A stretch of DNA of 64,000 nt, taken from the NCBI RefSeq assembly GCF_044324785.1, contig NZ_CP172127.1; one strand, written 5' to 3'. The position numbers were made by a program, and so were the translations under genes. The stretch's first letter is position 1. The number at the start of each line of letters is the position of its first letter. The notes beneath the pieces are model-generated. The model did no database searches. It was given only the letters and a program-made list of their open reading frames with translations, and was not told where the DNA came from. This document shows, piece by piece, positions 32,551 through 42,388 of this stretch. Origin of the DNA: Escherichia coli. GTDB lineage: Bacteria > Pseudomonadota > Gammaproteobacteria > Enterobacterales > Enterobacteriaceae.

Positions 32551-34085
32551 GGATGCGGCTCCGTTTTGCTGGTTACGTCGATGGCATCGATACGACGGCT
32601 GTTGAACAGATTGAATTTGGTATCTGAACCGTGGCAGCCATCACCAAAGGTAAAGCCGCAGCCATTTTTCTCCGGGAATGCTTCCCGCGCCAGTTCACGA
32701 TGACTGCTTGGTACCACAAAGCGATCTTCGTAGTTGGCAATCGCCAGATAACGATACATTTCCTGTGCCTGGGCTTCGGTCAGACCGACCTCTTCCAGCG
32801 CACGGGTATCCACTTTCCCGTCAACGGTTTCAGCACGTTTATAATGACGCATCGCCAGCATACGTTTCAGCGCGCGCAGTACCGGTTTGGTATCACCGGC
32901 GGTCAGCAGATTCGCCAGATACTGTACCGGAATACGCAGGCTTTCGACGTCTGGCAGAATGCCGTTGCTACCTAGCTCACCCGCGTCTGCTGCAGACTGA
33001 ATCGGAGACAGAGGCGGCACGTACCAGACCATCGGCAGTGTGCGATATTCTGGATGCAGCGGCAGCGCCAGTTTCCATTCCATTGCCATTTTATAAACCG
33101 GCGACTGCTGTGCGGCTTCAATAACACTCAGCGGAATACCGTCTTTAATCGCCTGCTCGATGACTTTCGGATCGTTCGGATCGAGGAACACCTCCAGCTG
33201 ACGCTGGTAGAGATCTTTCTCGTTCTCGGTGCTGGCTGCACGTTCAATGGCGTCCGCATCGTACAACAGCACGCCGAGATAACGGATACGACCGACACAG
33301 GTTTCAGAGCACACCGTCGGCTGACCCGCTTCAATACGCGGATAGCAGAAGATGCACTTCTCAGACTTACCGCTCTTCCAGTTGAAGTAGATTTTTTTGT
33401 ACGGGCATCCGGTGATGCACATACGCCAGCCACGGCATTTATCCTGGTCGATCAGGACGATGCCATCTTCTTCACGCTTGTAAATCGCACCGCTCGGGCA
33501 GGTCGCCACACATGCCGGGTTCAGGCAGTGTTCGCACAGGCGCGGCAAATACATCATGAAGGTGTTTTCGAACTGGCTATACATCGCCTTCTGGATGTTG
33601 TCGAAGTTCTTGTCTTTCGCCAGCTTGTCAAACTCACCGCCCAGGTCATCTTCCCAGTTAGGCCCTTTTTCGATTTTCGCCATCCGTTCCCCGGTAATCA
33701 GCGAACGCGGACGGGCAATCGGCTGCGATTTGCTGCCTTCCGGCGCGGTATGCAGGTTCTGATAATCAAAATCGAACGGCTCGTAATAATCGTCGATCCC
33801 CGGCAGATGCGGGTTAGCAAAGATTTTACCCAGCAGCATGGCTCGGTTACCCATGCGCGGTTGCAGTTTGCCATTGATTTTACGGATCCAGCCGCCTTTG
33901 TATTTTTCCTGGTTTTCCCAGTCAGTCGGGAAGCCCTGGCCCGGCTTGGTTTCCACGTTGTTGAACCACGCGTATTCCACGCCTTCACGGCTGGTCCAGA
34001 CGTTTTTACAGGTAACTGAACAGGTGTGGCAGCCGATGCACTTATCGAGATTCAGCACCATGCCGACTTGTGAACGAATTTTCAT
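32547..34085 (-). CDS. narH: Respiratory nitrate reductase 1 beta subunit (Fe-S)
   Basis: 512 aa with multiple Cys clusters (CIGCHTCSVTC, CEHCLNPACVATCPSG…); recognised as NarH. Confidence 0.95.
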   Translation of the reverse strand: MKIRSQVGMVLNLDKCIGCHTCSVTCKNVWTSREGVEYAWFNNVETKPGQGFPTDWENQEKYKGGWIRKINGKLQPRMGNRAMLLGKIFANPHLPGIDDYYEPFDFDYQNLHTAPEGSKSQPIARPRSLITGERMAKIEKGPNWEDDLGGEFDKLAKDKNFDNIQKAMYSQFENTFMMYLPRLCEHCLNPACVATCPSGAIYKREEDGIVLIDQDKCRGWRMCITGCPYKKIYFNWKSGKSEKCIFCYPRIEAGQPTVCSETCVGRIRYLGVLLYDADAIERAASTENEKDLYQRQLEVFLDPNDPKVIEQAIKDGIPLSVIEAAQQSPVYKMAMEWKLALPLHPEYRTLPMVWYVPPLSPIQSAADAGELGSNGILPDVESLRIPVQYLANLLTAGDTKPVLRALKRMLAMRHYKRAETVDGKVDTRALEEVGLTEAQAQEMYRYLAIANYEDRFVVPSSHRELAREAFPEKNGCGFTFGDGCHGSDTKFNLFNSRRIDAIDVTSKTEPHP

Positions 34086-37000
34086 TTTACGCTCTCCTGT
34101 ACCTGGTCATTGCCTTCGCCATCTAACCAGTCAATGTTCTTCATCTTACGCACTACAACAAACTCATCGCGGTTAGAACCTACGGTGCCGTAGTAGTTAA
34201 AGCCGTATGCCAGATGGGCATAGCCGCCGATCATATGCGTCGGTTTCGGCGTGATACGGGTGACCGAGTTATGGATACCACCACGCTGTTGGGTAATTTC
34301 CGAACCAGGCAGGTTAACGATACGTTCCTGCGCGTGGTACATCATGGTCATCCCTGCCGGAACACGCTGGCTGACAACCGCACGGGCAGTCAGAGCACCG
34401 TTGCTGTTGAATACTTCAATCCAGTCGTTATCGGCGATACCCAGATCTTTGGCATCGGCTTCACTCAACCAGACCACCGGACCACCGCGACCTAAAGTCA
34501 GCATCAGCAGGTTGTCGCTGTAGGTGGAGTGGATACCCCACTTCTGGTGCGGCGTCAGGAAGTTGAGCGCTTTTTCCGGGTTGCCGTTGGATTTCTGGCC
34601 TATCACTTCTTTCACCGAACGGGTGTCGATCGGCGGACGATAAACCAGCAGGCTTTCACCGAAATCACGCATCCACTGGTGATCCTGATACAGTTGCTGA
34701 CGACCAGAGAGCGTACGCCATGGGATCAGCTCGTGAACGTTGGTGTAACCGGCGTTGTAAGAAACGTGTTCATCTTCAAGGCCAGACCAGGTCGGGCTGG
34801 AGATGATTTTGCGCGGCTGTGCCTGAATATCGCGGAAGCGAATCTTCTCGTCTTCTTTATTCAGCGCCAGATGCGTATGGTCACGACCGGTAAACTCGCT
34901 CAGGGCAGCCCAGGCTTTCACGGCTACCTGACCGTTGGTTTCCGGTGCCAGCGTCAGGATCATCTCTGCCGCATCAATTGCGGTGTTCAGCATCGGCTGG
35001 CCTTTTGCCGGGCCTTCCGCTTTGGTGTAGTTGAGCTTACGCAGCAGATCCATCTCGCTCTGGGTGTTCCAGGCAATCCCTTTACCGCCATTACCGATTT
35101 TCTCCATCAGCGGGCCGATAGAGGTAAAGCGTTCGTAAGTCGCCGGATAATCGCGCTCTACGACCATAATGTGCGGTGCAGTTTTGCCAGGGATCAGGTC
35201 GCATTCGCCTTTTTTCCAGTCTTTCACATCCAGCGGCTGCGCCAGTTCAGCGGCAGAGTCGTGCTGGATAGGCAGCGTGACGATGTCGGTTTCTTTACCC
35301 AGATGGCCGACGCACACTTCGGAGAATTTCTTCGCGATGGCTTTGTAGATTTCCCAGTCGCTTTTCGCTTCCCAGGCCGGATCGACCGCCGCAGACAGCG
35401 GGTGAATAAACGGATGCATATCCGAAGTATTCATGTCGTCTTTTTCGTACCAGGTCGCCGTCGGCAAAATGATGTCGGAATAGAGACAGGTGCTCGACAG
35501 ACGGAAGTCCAGCGTAACCACCAGATCCAGCTTGCCTTCCAGACCATTGTCCTGCCAGTCCACTTCTTCCGGCTTCACGCCGCCCTGCTGCCCCAGATCT
35601 TTACCCTGGATACCGTGCTCCGTCCCCAGCAGGTACTTGAGCATAAACTCATGACCTTTACCGGAAGAACCGAGCAGGTTAGAACGCCAGATAAACAGGT
35701 TGCGCGGGTGGTTTTTACCGTTTTCTGGTTGTTCTGCCGCAAAACGGATGGAACCCTCTTTCAGGGATTTCACCGTATAGTCCACCGGATTCATCCCGGC
35801 TTTTTCCGCTTCGCCAGCGATAGTCAGCGGATTAGTGCCTAACTGCGGTGCAGACGGCAGCCAGCCCATGCGTTCGGCACGGACGTTAAAGTCGATCAGG
35901 TGTCCGGTATAACGGGATTTATCCGCCATCGGTGACAGCAACTCTTCCGCCGTGACGGTTTCATAACGCCACTGGCTGGAGTGGTTATAGAAATAAGAAG
36001 TGCTGTTCATGTGACGCGCCGGACGCTGCCAGTCAAGGGCAAACGCCAGCGGCTGCCAGCCGGTTTGCGGACGCAGTTTTTCCTGACCTACATAGTGCGC
36101 CCAGCCGCCCCCGCTCTGACCGACACAGCCGCAGAAAATCAGCATGTTGATCAGACCACGATAGTTCATATCGAGGTGATACCAGTGGTTCAGCCCCGCA
36201 CCGACGATAATCATCGAACGACCGTGCGTTTTATCAGCGTTATCGGCAAATTCACGGGCGATGCGAATAATCTGGCTGCGAGAAACGCCGGTAATCTGCT
36301 CGGCCCAGGCCGGGGTATAAGCTTTCACATCGTCATAGCTGGTTGCACAGTTAACGTCGTTCAGGCCACGTTCCAGACCGTAGTTTGCCAGCGTCAGATC
36401 ATAAACGGTGGTCACCAGGGCGGTGCTGCCATCAGCCAGTTGCAGGCGTTTCACCGGCAGTTTGTGCAGCAGCACGTTTTCCAGTTCCACTTTGTTGAAG
36501 TGTTCCGTGCCATCGCCACCAAAGTACGGGAAGCCCACCTCAGCGATCTCATCCTGGCTACCCAGCAGGCTTAGTTGCAGCTCGGTTTCTTCGCCAGTTT
36601 TGCCGTCGCGCTGCTCAAGATTCCATTTGCCCTTCTCGCCCCAGCGGAAGCCAATAGAACCGTTCGGCGCAACCATTTCGCCGTTGGTATTAAAGGCGAC
36701 AGTTTTCCATTCCGGATTGTTTTCCTGGCCCAGCGCATCCACCAGATCAGCAGCGCGCAGCATACGACCCGCAGCGTAGTAACCGTCGCGCTCTTCCAGC
36801 ATCACCAGCATCGGCATGTCGGTGTAGCGGCGCACATAGTCGGTGAAATACTGGCTTGGGTTGTCGAGGTGGAATTCACGCAGCATTACGTGGCCCATCG
36901 CCAGCGCCATTGCCGCATCGGTGCCCTGTTTCGGTGCCAGCCACAGATCGCACAGTTTGGCGATTTCAGCGTAGTCTGGCGTGACGGCAACAGTTTTGGT

Positions 37001-37825
37001 GCCTTTGTAACGCACTTCAGTAAAGAAGTGAGCATCCGGGGTACGCGTCTGCGGCACGTTTGAACCCCAGGCGATGATGTAGCTGGAGTTGTACCAGTCA
37101 GCAGATTCCGGTACGTCAGTCTGCTCGCCCCAGGTTTGCGGAGATGCAGGAGGCAGGTCGCAGTACCAGTCGTAGAAGCTTAAGCAAGTACCGCCAAGCA
37201 GCGAGAGATAGCGCGCGCCGGAAGCGTAAGAAACCATCGACATTGCCGGAATTGGCGAGAAGCCAGCGACGCGGTCCGGGCCGTAGTTTTTGATGGTGTA
37301 AACGTTAGATGCGGCGATCAGTTCGTTCACTTCCTGCCAGGAAGAACGAACAAAACCACCGCGTCCACGCGCCTGCTTAAAGCTTTTTGCTTTATCGGCG
37401 TCTTCAATGATAGAAGCCCATGCCTCAACCGGATCGCTATGCAGCGCCTTCGCTTCACGCCACATTTTCATCAGGCGTTTGCGCATCATCGGGTATTTCA
37501 GACGGTTGGCGCTGTAAAGATACCAAGAGTAGCTGGCACCACGCGGGCAGCCGCGAGGTTCATGGTTTGGCAGGTCCGGGCGAGTACGCGGATAGTCAGT
37601 CTGCTGGGTTTCCCAGGTCACCAGACCGTTTTTAACGTAGATTTTCCAGCTGCAGGAGCCGGTGCAGTTTACCCCGTGGGTAGAGCGGACGATTTTGTCA
37701 TGCTGCCAACGCTGGCGATATCCATCCTCCCAGTCACGGTTGGTATTGAGAAGCTGGCCATGCCCATCGGCAAAGGTTTCACCCTTCTGTTTGAAGTAGC
37801 GAAACCGGTCCAGGAATTTACTCAT
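34082..37825 (-). CDS. narG: Respiratory nitrate reductase 1 alpha subunit (molybdopterin)
   Basis: 1247-aa ORF MSKFLDRFRYFKQKGETFADGHGQLLNTNRDWEDGYRQRWQHDKIVRSTHGVNCTGSCSW…; recognised as NarG. Confidence 0.97.
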   Translation of the reverse strand: MSKFLDRFRYFKQKGETFADGHGQLLNTNRDWEDGYRQRWQHDKIVRSTHGVNCTGSCSWKIYVKNGLVTWETQQTDYPRTRPDLPNHEPRGCPRGASYSWYLYSANRLKYPMMRKRLMKMWREAKALHSDPVEAWASIIEDADKAKSFKQARGRGGFVRSSWQEVNELIAASNVYTIKNYGPDRVAGFSPIPAMSMVSYASGARYLSLLGGTCLSFYDWYCDLPPASPQTWGEQTDVPESADWYNSSYIIAWGSNVPQTRTPDAHFFTEVRYKGTKTVAVTPDYAEIAKLCDLWLAPKQGTDAAMALAMGHVMLREFHLDNPSQYFTDYVRRYTDMPMLVMLEERDGYYAAGRMLRAADLVDALGQENNPEWKTVAFNTNGEMVAPNGSIGFRWGEKGKWNLEQRDGKTGEETELQLSLLGSQDEIAEVGFPYFGGDGTEHFNKVELENVLLHKLPVKRLQLADGSTALVTTVYDLTLANYGLERGLNDVNCATSYDDVKAYTPAWAEQITGVSRSQIIRIAREFADNADKTHGRSMIIVGAGLNHWYHLDMNYRGLINMLIFCGCVGQSGGGWAHYVGQEKLRPQTGWQPLAFALDWQRPARHMNSTSYFYNHSSQWRYETVTAEELLSPMADKSRYTGHLIDFNVRAERMGWLPSAPQLGTNPLTIAGEAEKAGMNPVDYTVKSLKEGSIRFAAEQPENGKNHPRNLFIWRSNLLGSSGKGHEFMLKYLLGTEHGIQGKDLGQQGGVKPEEVDWQDNGLEGKLDLVVTLDFRLSSTCLYSDIILPTATWYEKDDMNTSDMHPFIHPLSAAVDPAWEAKSDWEIYKAIAKKFSEVCVGHLGKETDIVTLPIQHDSAAELAQPLDVKDWKKGECDLIPGKTAPHIMVVERDYPATYERFTSIGPLMEKIGNGGKGIAWNTQSEMDLLRKLNYTKAEGPAKGQPMLNTAIDAAEMILTLAPETNGQVAVKAWAALSEFTGRDHTHLALNKEDEKIRFRDIQAQPRKIISSPTWSGLEDEHVSYNAGYTNVHELIPWRTLSGRQQLYQDHQWMRDFGESLLVYRPPIDTRSVKEVIGQKSNGNPEKALNFLTPHQKWGIHSTYSDNLLMLTLGRGGPVVWLSEADAKDLGIADNDWIEVFNSNGALTARAVVSQRVPAGMTMMYHAQERIVNLPGSEITQQRGGIHNSVTRITPKPTHMIGGYAHLAYGFNYYGTVGSNRDEFVVVRKMKNIDWLDGEGNDQVQESVK

Positions 37826-37916
37826 CGGTTTTCTCCTGTGGGAGCCTGTCGGCCCTCTGATAAATCGACATTGCTAATGTTTAAGGGCAAGGTAACGCTC
37901 TGAAACAGCGTGGGAA

Positions 37917-37930
37917 TTGATAACGATCAA
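37917..37930. promoter_or_regulatory. FNR box of the narG promoter
   Basis: TTGATaacgATCAA, perfect TTGAT-N4-ATCAA, about 90 bp upstream of the narG start; a NarL-type heptamer TACCCCT lies at 37968..37974. Confidence 0.65.
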
Positions 37931-38168
37931 GAGTGATGGGGATGAAAAATAAAGTAAATTCCTAAGATACCCCTTTAGGATAATTAACAGCCACAACATA
38001 ACAGACTGTAAATTAAGACGTTTTATACCTGTAGTTATTTAAACTATTAAGATTTTTATGCAGATGGGTATTAAGGAGTATTCCCCATGGGTAACATATT
38101 AATGGCTCTTAATGAAATCCGGCGAAATAAGCCACTCACACATGAATATGTTGTAACTAAACGACAGA

Positions 38169-38196
38169 TAAAAAAAGCGCGACATCATGCCGCGCA
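38169..38196 (-). terminator. Rho-independent terminator after narK
   Basis: On the minus strand: GCGCGGCATGATGTCGCGC followed by TTTTTTT. Confidence 0.7.
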
Positions 38197-38218
38197 AAGG
38201 ATAATCAAATATTAAGAT

Positions 38219-39610
38219 TTATTTTTTAGAATGCCGACCATATACCGCCCAGGTAATCACTACGCAGGCGATATAGAAAATCAAAAATACTTTCATTGCG
38301 CCGACTGGCGAACCCGTTAATGCCAGCGAGCTACCGAACGCTTTCGGGATAAAGAAGCCACCAATCGCGCCAATCGCAGAGATGAAACCCAGCGCCGCCG
38401 CCGTGTCGGTTGCCGCTTCACGCATCGCACGTTCGTCAGACCCCCCTTCTGCTTTCACGCGATCCATTGTCAGTTTACGGAAGATCACGGAAATCATCTG
38501 GAAAGTGGAACCACTACCCAGCCCAGCTGTCAGGAACAGCGCCAGGAAGACTGCGAAGAACGCCATGAAGCTTCCGCCCTGTCCGTCAGTCGGTAAGGTC
38601 AGGAACAGCAGGCCGCTGAAAATCGCCATCAGGATAAAGTTCACCAGTGTGACACGAGTTCCGCCCAGACGGTCAGATAATGCACCACCTGCAGAACGCG
38701 CCAACGCACCAATAAACGGCCCGAAGAAAGCGTATTGCAGAATCTGAACATCCGGGAACTGCGTTTTTGACAGCATCGCAAAGCCCGCGGAGAAGCCGAT
38801 GAAGGAGCCGAAGGTTGCCAGATACAGCAGGCTCATAATCCACAGATGACCCCGTTTGAGTACCGGCAACTGCTCCTTGATGGAGGCTTTCGAGGTAGCA
38901 AGATCGTTCATGCCAAACCACGCCGCAATGGTGAAGATGGCAAGGAACGGCACCCATACCCAGGACGCATTCGCCAGATACAGCTCAGTCCCATCCGGCT
39001 GTTTGACACCCTGGCTACCAAATACTGCGAAAATCGACAGTGATACCACCAGCGGAGCAACCAACTGCATGACGCTGACGCCCATGTTGCCCAGACCACC
39101 ATTCAGACCCAGCGCGCCACCCTGCTTCTGTTTCGGAAAGAAGAAGCTGATGTTTGCCATACTGGATGCGAAGTTCGCGCCAGCAAAGCCGCACAGCAGA
39201 GAGATGATGATGAAGACGCTATAAGGCGTGGAGGTATCCTGCACGGCAAAACCCAGCCAGACACAAGGAATAATCAGAATACCGGTGCTGAACGCCGTCC
39301 AGCGACGACCACCGAAGATAGGAACCATAAAGGAGTATGGAACACGTAATAACGCGCCAGAAACCGAAGGCAGCGCAGTCAACATAAATAGCTGATCGGT
39401 CGTAAAATTAAAACCGACTTTCGGTAAGTTCACCGCAACAGCGCTGAACAACATCCATACGCAAAACGCCAGCAGCAGACAGGGAACGGAAATCCACAGG
39501 TTGCGGCTGGCAATACGTTGACCGCGTTGTTGCCAGAACGCAGGATCTTCCGGTCGCCAATCTGTAATGACAGCTCCAGTAGCCCTTTCGGGGGCGGATG
39601 AGTGACTCAT
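38219..39610 (-). CDS. narK: Nitrate/nitrite transporter NarK (MFS)
   Basis: Start placed at the second Met (MSHSSAPERATGAVITDW…), 463 aa; recognised as NarK. Confidence 0.95.
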   Translation of the reverse strand: MSHSSAPERATGAVITDWRPEDPAFWQQRGQRIASRNLWISVPCLLLAFCVWMLFSAVAVNLPKVGFNFTTDQLFMLTALPSVSGALLRVPYSFMVPIFGGRRWTAFSTGILIIPCVWLGFAVQDTSTPYSVFIIISLLCGFAGANFASSMANISFFFPKQKQGGALGLNGGLGNMGVSVMQLVAPLVVSLSIFAVFGSQGVKQPDGTELYLANASWVWVPFLAIFTIAAWFGMNDLATSKASIKEQLPVLKRGHLWIMSLLYLATFGSFIGFSAGFAMLSKTQFPDVQILQYAFFGPFIGALARSAGGALSDRLGGTRVTLVNFILMAIFSGLLFLTLPTDGQGGSFMAFFAVFLALFLTAGLGSGSTFQMISVIFRKLTMDRVKAEGGSDERAMREAATDTAAALGFISAIGAIGGFFIPKAFGSSLALTGSPVGAMKVFLIFYIACVVITWAVYGRHSKK

Positions 39611-39669
39611 AGACACCTCTGATACTCGTTTCGATGTCTGCCACCTTAGTGTCTGTAGCTAAAGGCAAT

Positions 39670-39683
39670 TTGATGTAAATCAA
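39670..39683. promoter_or_regulatory. FNR box in the narK promoter
   Basis: TTGATgtaaATCAA, perfect consensus; a second near-consensus box TTGATatttATCAT at 39708..39721. Confidence 0.6.
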
Positions 39684-39948
39684 ACGATAAGATAACTTTA
39701 TCTATCATTGATATTTATCATTACCCATAGTGAGTACAGTGATTTCATAAAAATTATGAGATTTTTCACGGTGCTGTAAAATCCCTACCCTTACCGATGT
39801 AAAGCGACTAACCACACGGCAAATAAGGAGTAACTCTTTCCGGGTATGGGTATACTTCAGCCAATAGCCGAGAATACTGCCATTCCAGAATGTATCGTCA
39901 CATTCATTAAGGTTATTGCTCATTTAAAGCCTGAAGGAAGAGGTTTAC

Positions 39949-41745
39949 ATGCTTAAACGTTGTCTCTCTCCGCTCACCCTGGTTAATCAGGTTGCGCTTA
40001 TTGTGTTGCTTTCTACTGCTATTGGACTGGCAGGGATGGCGGTTTCTGGCTGGCTGGTGCAAGGCGTTCAGGGCAGCGCCCATGCAATAAACAAAGCGGG
40101 ATCGCTGCGCATGCAAAGTTACCGTCTTTTGGCGGCAGTGCCATTAAGCGAGAAAGACAAGCCCTTAATTAAAGAGATGGAACAAACAGCATTTAGCGCC
40201 GAGTTAACTCGAGCAGCAGAACGAGACGGACAACTGGCGCAATTACAGGGTTTACAAGATTACTGGCGTAATGAACTGATCCCTGCGCTAATGCGTGCAC
40301 AAAACCGCGAAACGGTGTCAGCGGATGTCAGCCAGTTTGTTGCCGGGCTTGATCAACTGGTATCTGGTTTTGACCGCACCACGGAAATGCGCATTGAGAC
40401 AGTGGTGCTGGTCCATCGGGTAATGGCGGTATTTATGGCACTTTTACTGGTGTTCACTATTATCTGGTTGCGGGCGCGACTGCTACAACCGTGGCGGCAA
40501 TTGCTGGCAATGGCGAGTGCCGTCAGTCATCGCGATTTTACCCAACGCGCAAACATCAGCGGGCGCAACGAAATGGCGATGCTTGGAACTGCGTTGAACG
40601 ATATGTCTGCAGAACTGGCCGAAAGTTATGCCGTACTTGAGCAGCGGGTTCAGGAGAAAACCGCCGGGCTGGAGCATAAAAATCAGATCCTCTCTTTTTT
40701 ATGGCAGGCCAACCGCCGATTGCATTCCCGCGCCCCGCTGTGTGAACGCCTGTCCCCTGTACTCAACGGCTTACAGAATTTGACCCTGCTACGTGATATC
40801 GAACTGCGGGTGTATGACACTGATGATGAAGAGAATCATCAGGAGTTTACCTGCCAGCCAGATATGACTTGTGATGATAAAGGCTGCCAGCTCTGCCCGC
40901 GCGGCGTATTACCCGTTGGCGATCGCGGCACAACCCTGAAGTGGCGGCTGGCTGACTCTCATACGCAGTACGGCATTTTGCTGGCGACCCTACCGCAGGG
41001 GCGTCATCTTAGCCATGATCAACAACAACTGGTGGATACCCTGGTTGAACAACTCACCGCCACGCTGGCGCTGGATCGCCATCAGGAACGTCAGCAACAG
41101 TTGATTGTGATGGAAGAGCGTGCCACCATTGCGCGCGAACTGCATGATTCTATTGCCCAATCTCTCTCTTGCATGAAGATGCAGGTGAGTTGTTTACAGA
41201 TGCAGGGCGATGCGCTGCCAGAAAGCAGCCGCGAACTGTTAAGTCAGATCCGTAACGAACTGAATGCATCCTGGGCGCAGTTGCGTGAATTGCTCACCAC
41301 ATTCCGCTTGCAGCTCACCGAGCCTGGATTACGTCCGGCGCTGGAGGCGAGTTGCGAAGAGTACAGCGCCAAATTTGGCTTCCCGGTGAAGCTGGATTAT
41401 CAATTGCCGCCTCGTCTGGTGCCTTCGCATCAGGCAATCCACTTGTTGCAAATTGCCCGTGAGGCATTAAGTAACGCCCTCAAACATTCGCAAGCGAGTG
41501 AGGTCGTGGTGACGGTGGCGCAAAACGATAATCAGGTCAAACTGACCGTCCAGGATAACGGCTGCGGCGTGCCAGAAAATGCCATCCGCAGCAATCACTA
41601 CGGCATGATAATAATGCGCGACCGTGCGCAAAGTTTACGAGGCGATTGCCGCGTCCGCCGTCGTGAATCAGGTGGCACCGAAGTGGTGATCACCTTTATT
41701 CCCGAAAAAACTTTCACAGACGTCCAAGGAGATACCCATGAGTAA
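39949..41745 (+). CDS. narX: Nitrate/nitrite sensor histidine kinase NarX
   Basis: 598 aa; two TM segments flanking a periplasmic P-box, HAMP, and HisKA_3/HATPase ([11 protein letters not shown]…); recognised as NarX. Confidence 0.95.
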   Translation: MLKRCLSPLTLVNQVALIVLLSTAIGLAGMAVSGWLVQGVQGSAHAINKAGSLRMQSYRLLAAVPLSEKDKPLIKEMEQTAFSAELTRAAERDGQLAQLQGLQDYWRNELIPALMRAQNRETVSADVSQFVAGLDQLVSGFDRTTEMRIETVVLVHRVMAVFMALLLVFTIIWLRARLLQPWRQLLAMASAVSHRDFTQRANISGRNEMAMLGTALNDMSAELAESYAVLEQRVQEKTAGLEHKNQILSFLWQANRRLHSRAPLCERLSPVLNGLQNLTLLRDIELRVYDTDDEENHQEFTCQPDMTCDDKGCQLCPRGVLPVGDRGTTLKWRLADSHTQYGILLATLPQGRHLSHDQQQLVDTLVEQLTATLALDRHQERQQQLIVMEERATIARELHDSIAQSLSCMKMQVSCLQMQGDALPESSRELLSQIRNELNASWAQLRELLTTFRLQLTEPGLRPALEASCEEYSAKFGFPVKLDYQLPPRLVPSHQAIHLLQIAREALSNALKHSQASEVVVTVAQNDNQVKLTVQDNGCGVPENAIRSNHYGMIIMRDRAQSLRGDCRVRRRESGGTEVVITFIPEKTFTDVQGDTHE

Positions 41746-42388
41746 TCAGGAACCGGCTACTATCCTGCTGATCGACGATCACCCGATGTTGCGAACTGGC
41801 GTAAAACAGCTTATCAGTATGGCACCAGATATCAGCGTGGTTGGCGAAGCGAGTAATGGCGAACAGGGTATTGAACTGGCGGAATCTCTTGATCCCGATC
41901 TGATCCTGTTAGATCTCAATATGCCCGGCATGAATGGTCTGGAAACGCTGGATAAACTCCGCGAAAAGTCCCTCTCAGGGCGCATTGTGGTATTCAGCGT
42001 CTCTAACCATGAAGAAGATGTGGTCACCGCACTGAAACGCGGCGCGGATGGCTATCTGTTAAAAGATATGGAACCGGAAGATCTGCTGAAAGCATTGCAT
42101 CAGGCAGCTGCTGGCGAAATGGTATTAAGCGAAGCATTAACGCCTGTTCTGGCCGCCAGCTTGCGCGCTAACCGTGCCACTACTGAGCGCGATGTTAACC
42201 AGTTAACCCCACGCGAGCGCGATATTCTCAAGCTGATTGCCCAGGGTTTGCCGAACAAGATGATTGCCCGCCGCCTGGACATCACCGAAAGCACAGTAAA
42301 AGTGCACGTCAAGCACATGCTGAAGAAAATGAAGCTCAAGTCTCGCGTGGAAGCAGCGGTATGGGTGCATCAGGAGCGCATTTTCTGA
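41738..42388 (+). CDS. narL: Nitrate/nitrite response regulator NarL
   Basis: 216 aa; receiver domain plus LuxR-type HTH; 8-nt overlap with narX; recognised as NarL. Confidence 0.97.
   Translation: MSNQEPATILLIDDHPMLRTGVKQLISMAPDISVVGEASNGEQGIELAESLDPDLILLDLNMPGMNGLETLDKLREKSLSGRIVVFSVSNHEEDVVTALKRGADGYLLKDMEPEDLLKALHQAAAGEMVLSEALTPVLAASLRANRATTERDVNQLTPRERDILKLIAQGLPNKMIARRLDITESTVKVHVKHMLKKMKLKSRVEAAVWVHQERIF

Noticed and set aside
34529-35842. 437-aa plus-strand ORF (and several others 90-320 aa) antisense to narG and narH
   Set aside because: Shadow ORFs in GC-rich coding DNA; translations are Arg/Phe/Val-rich with no recognisable domains
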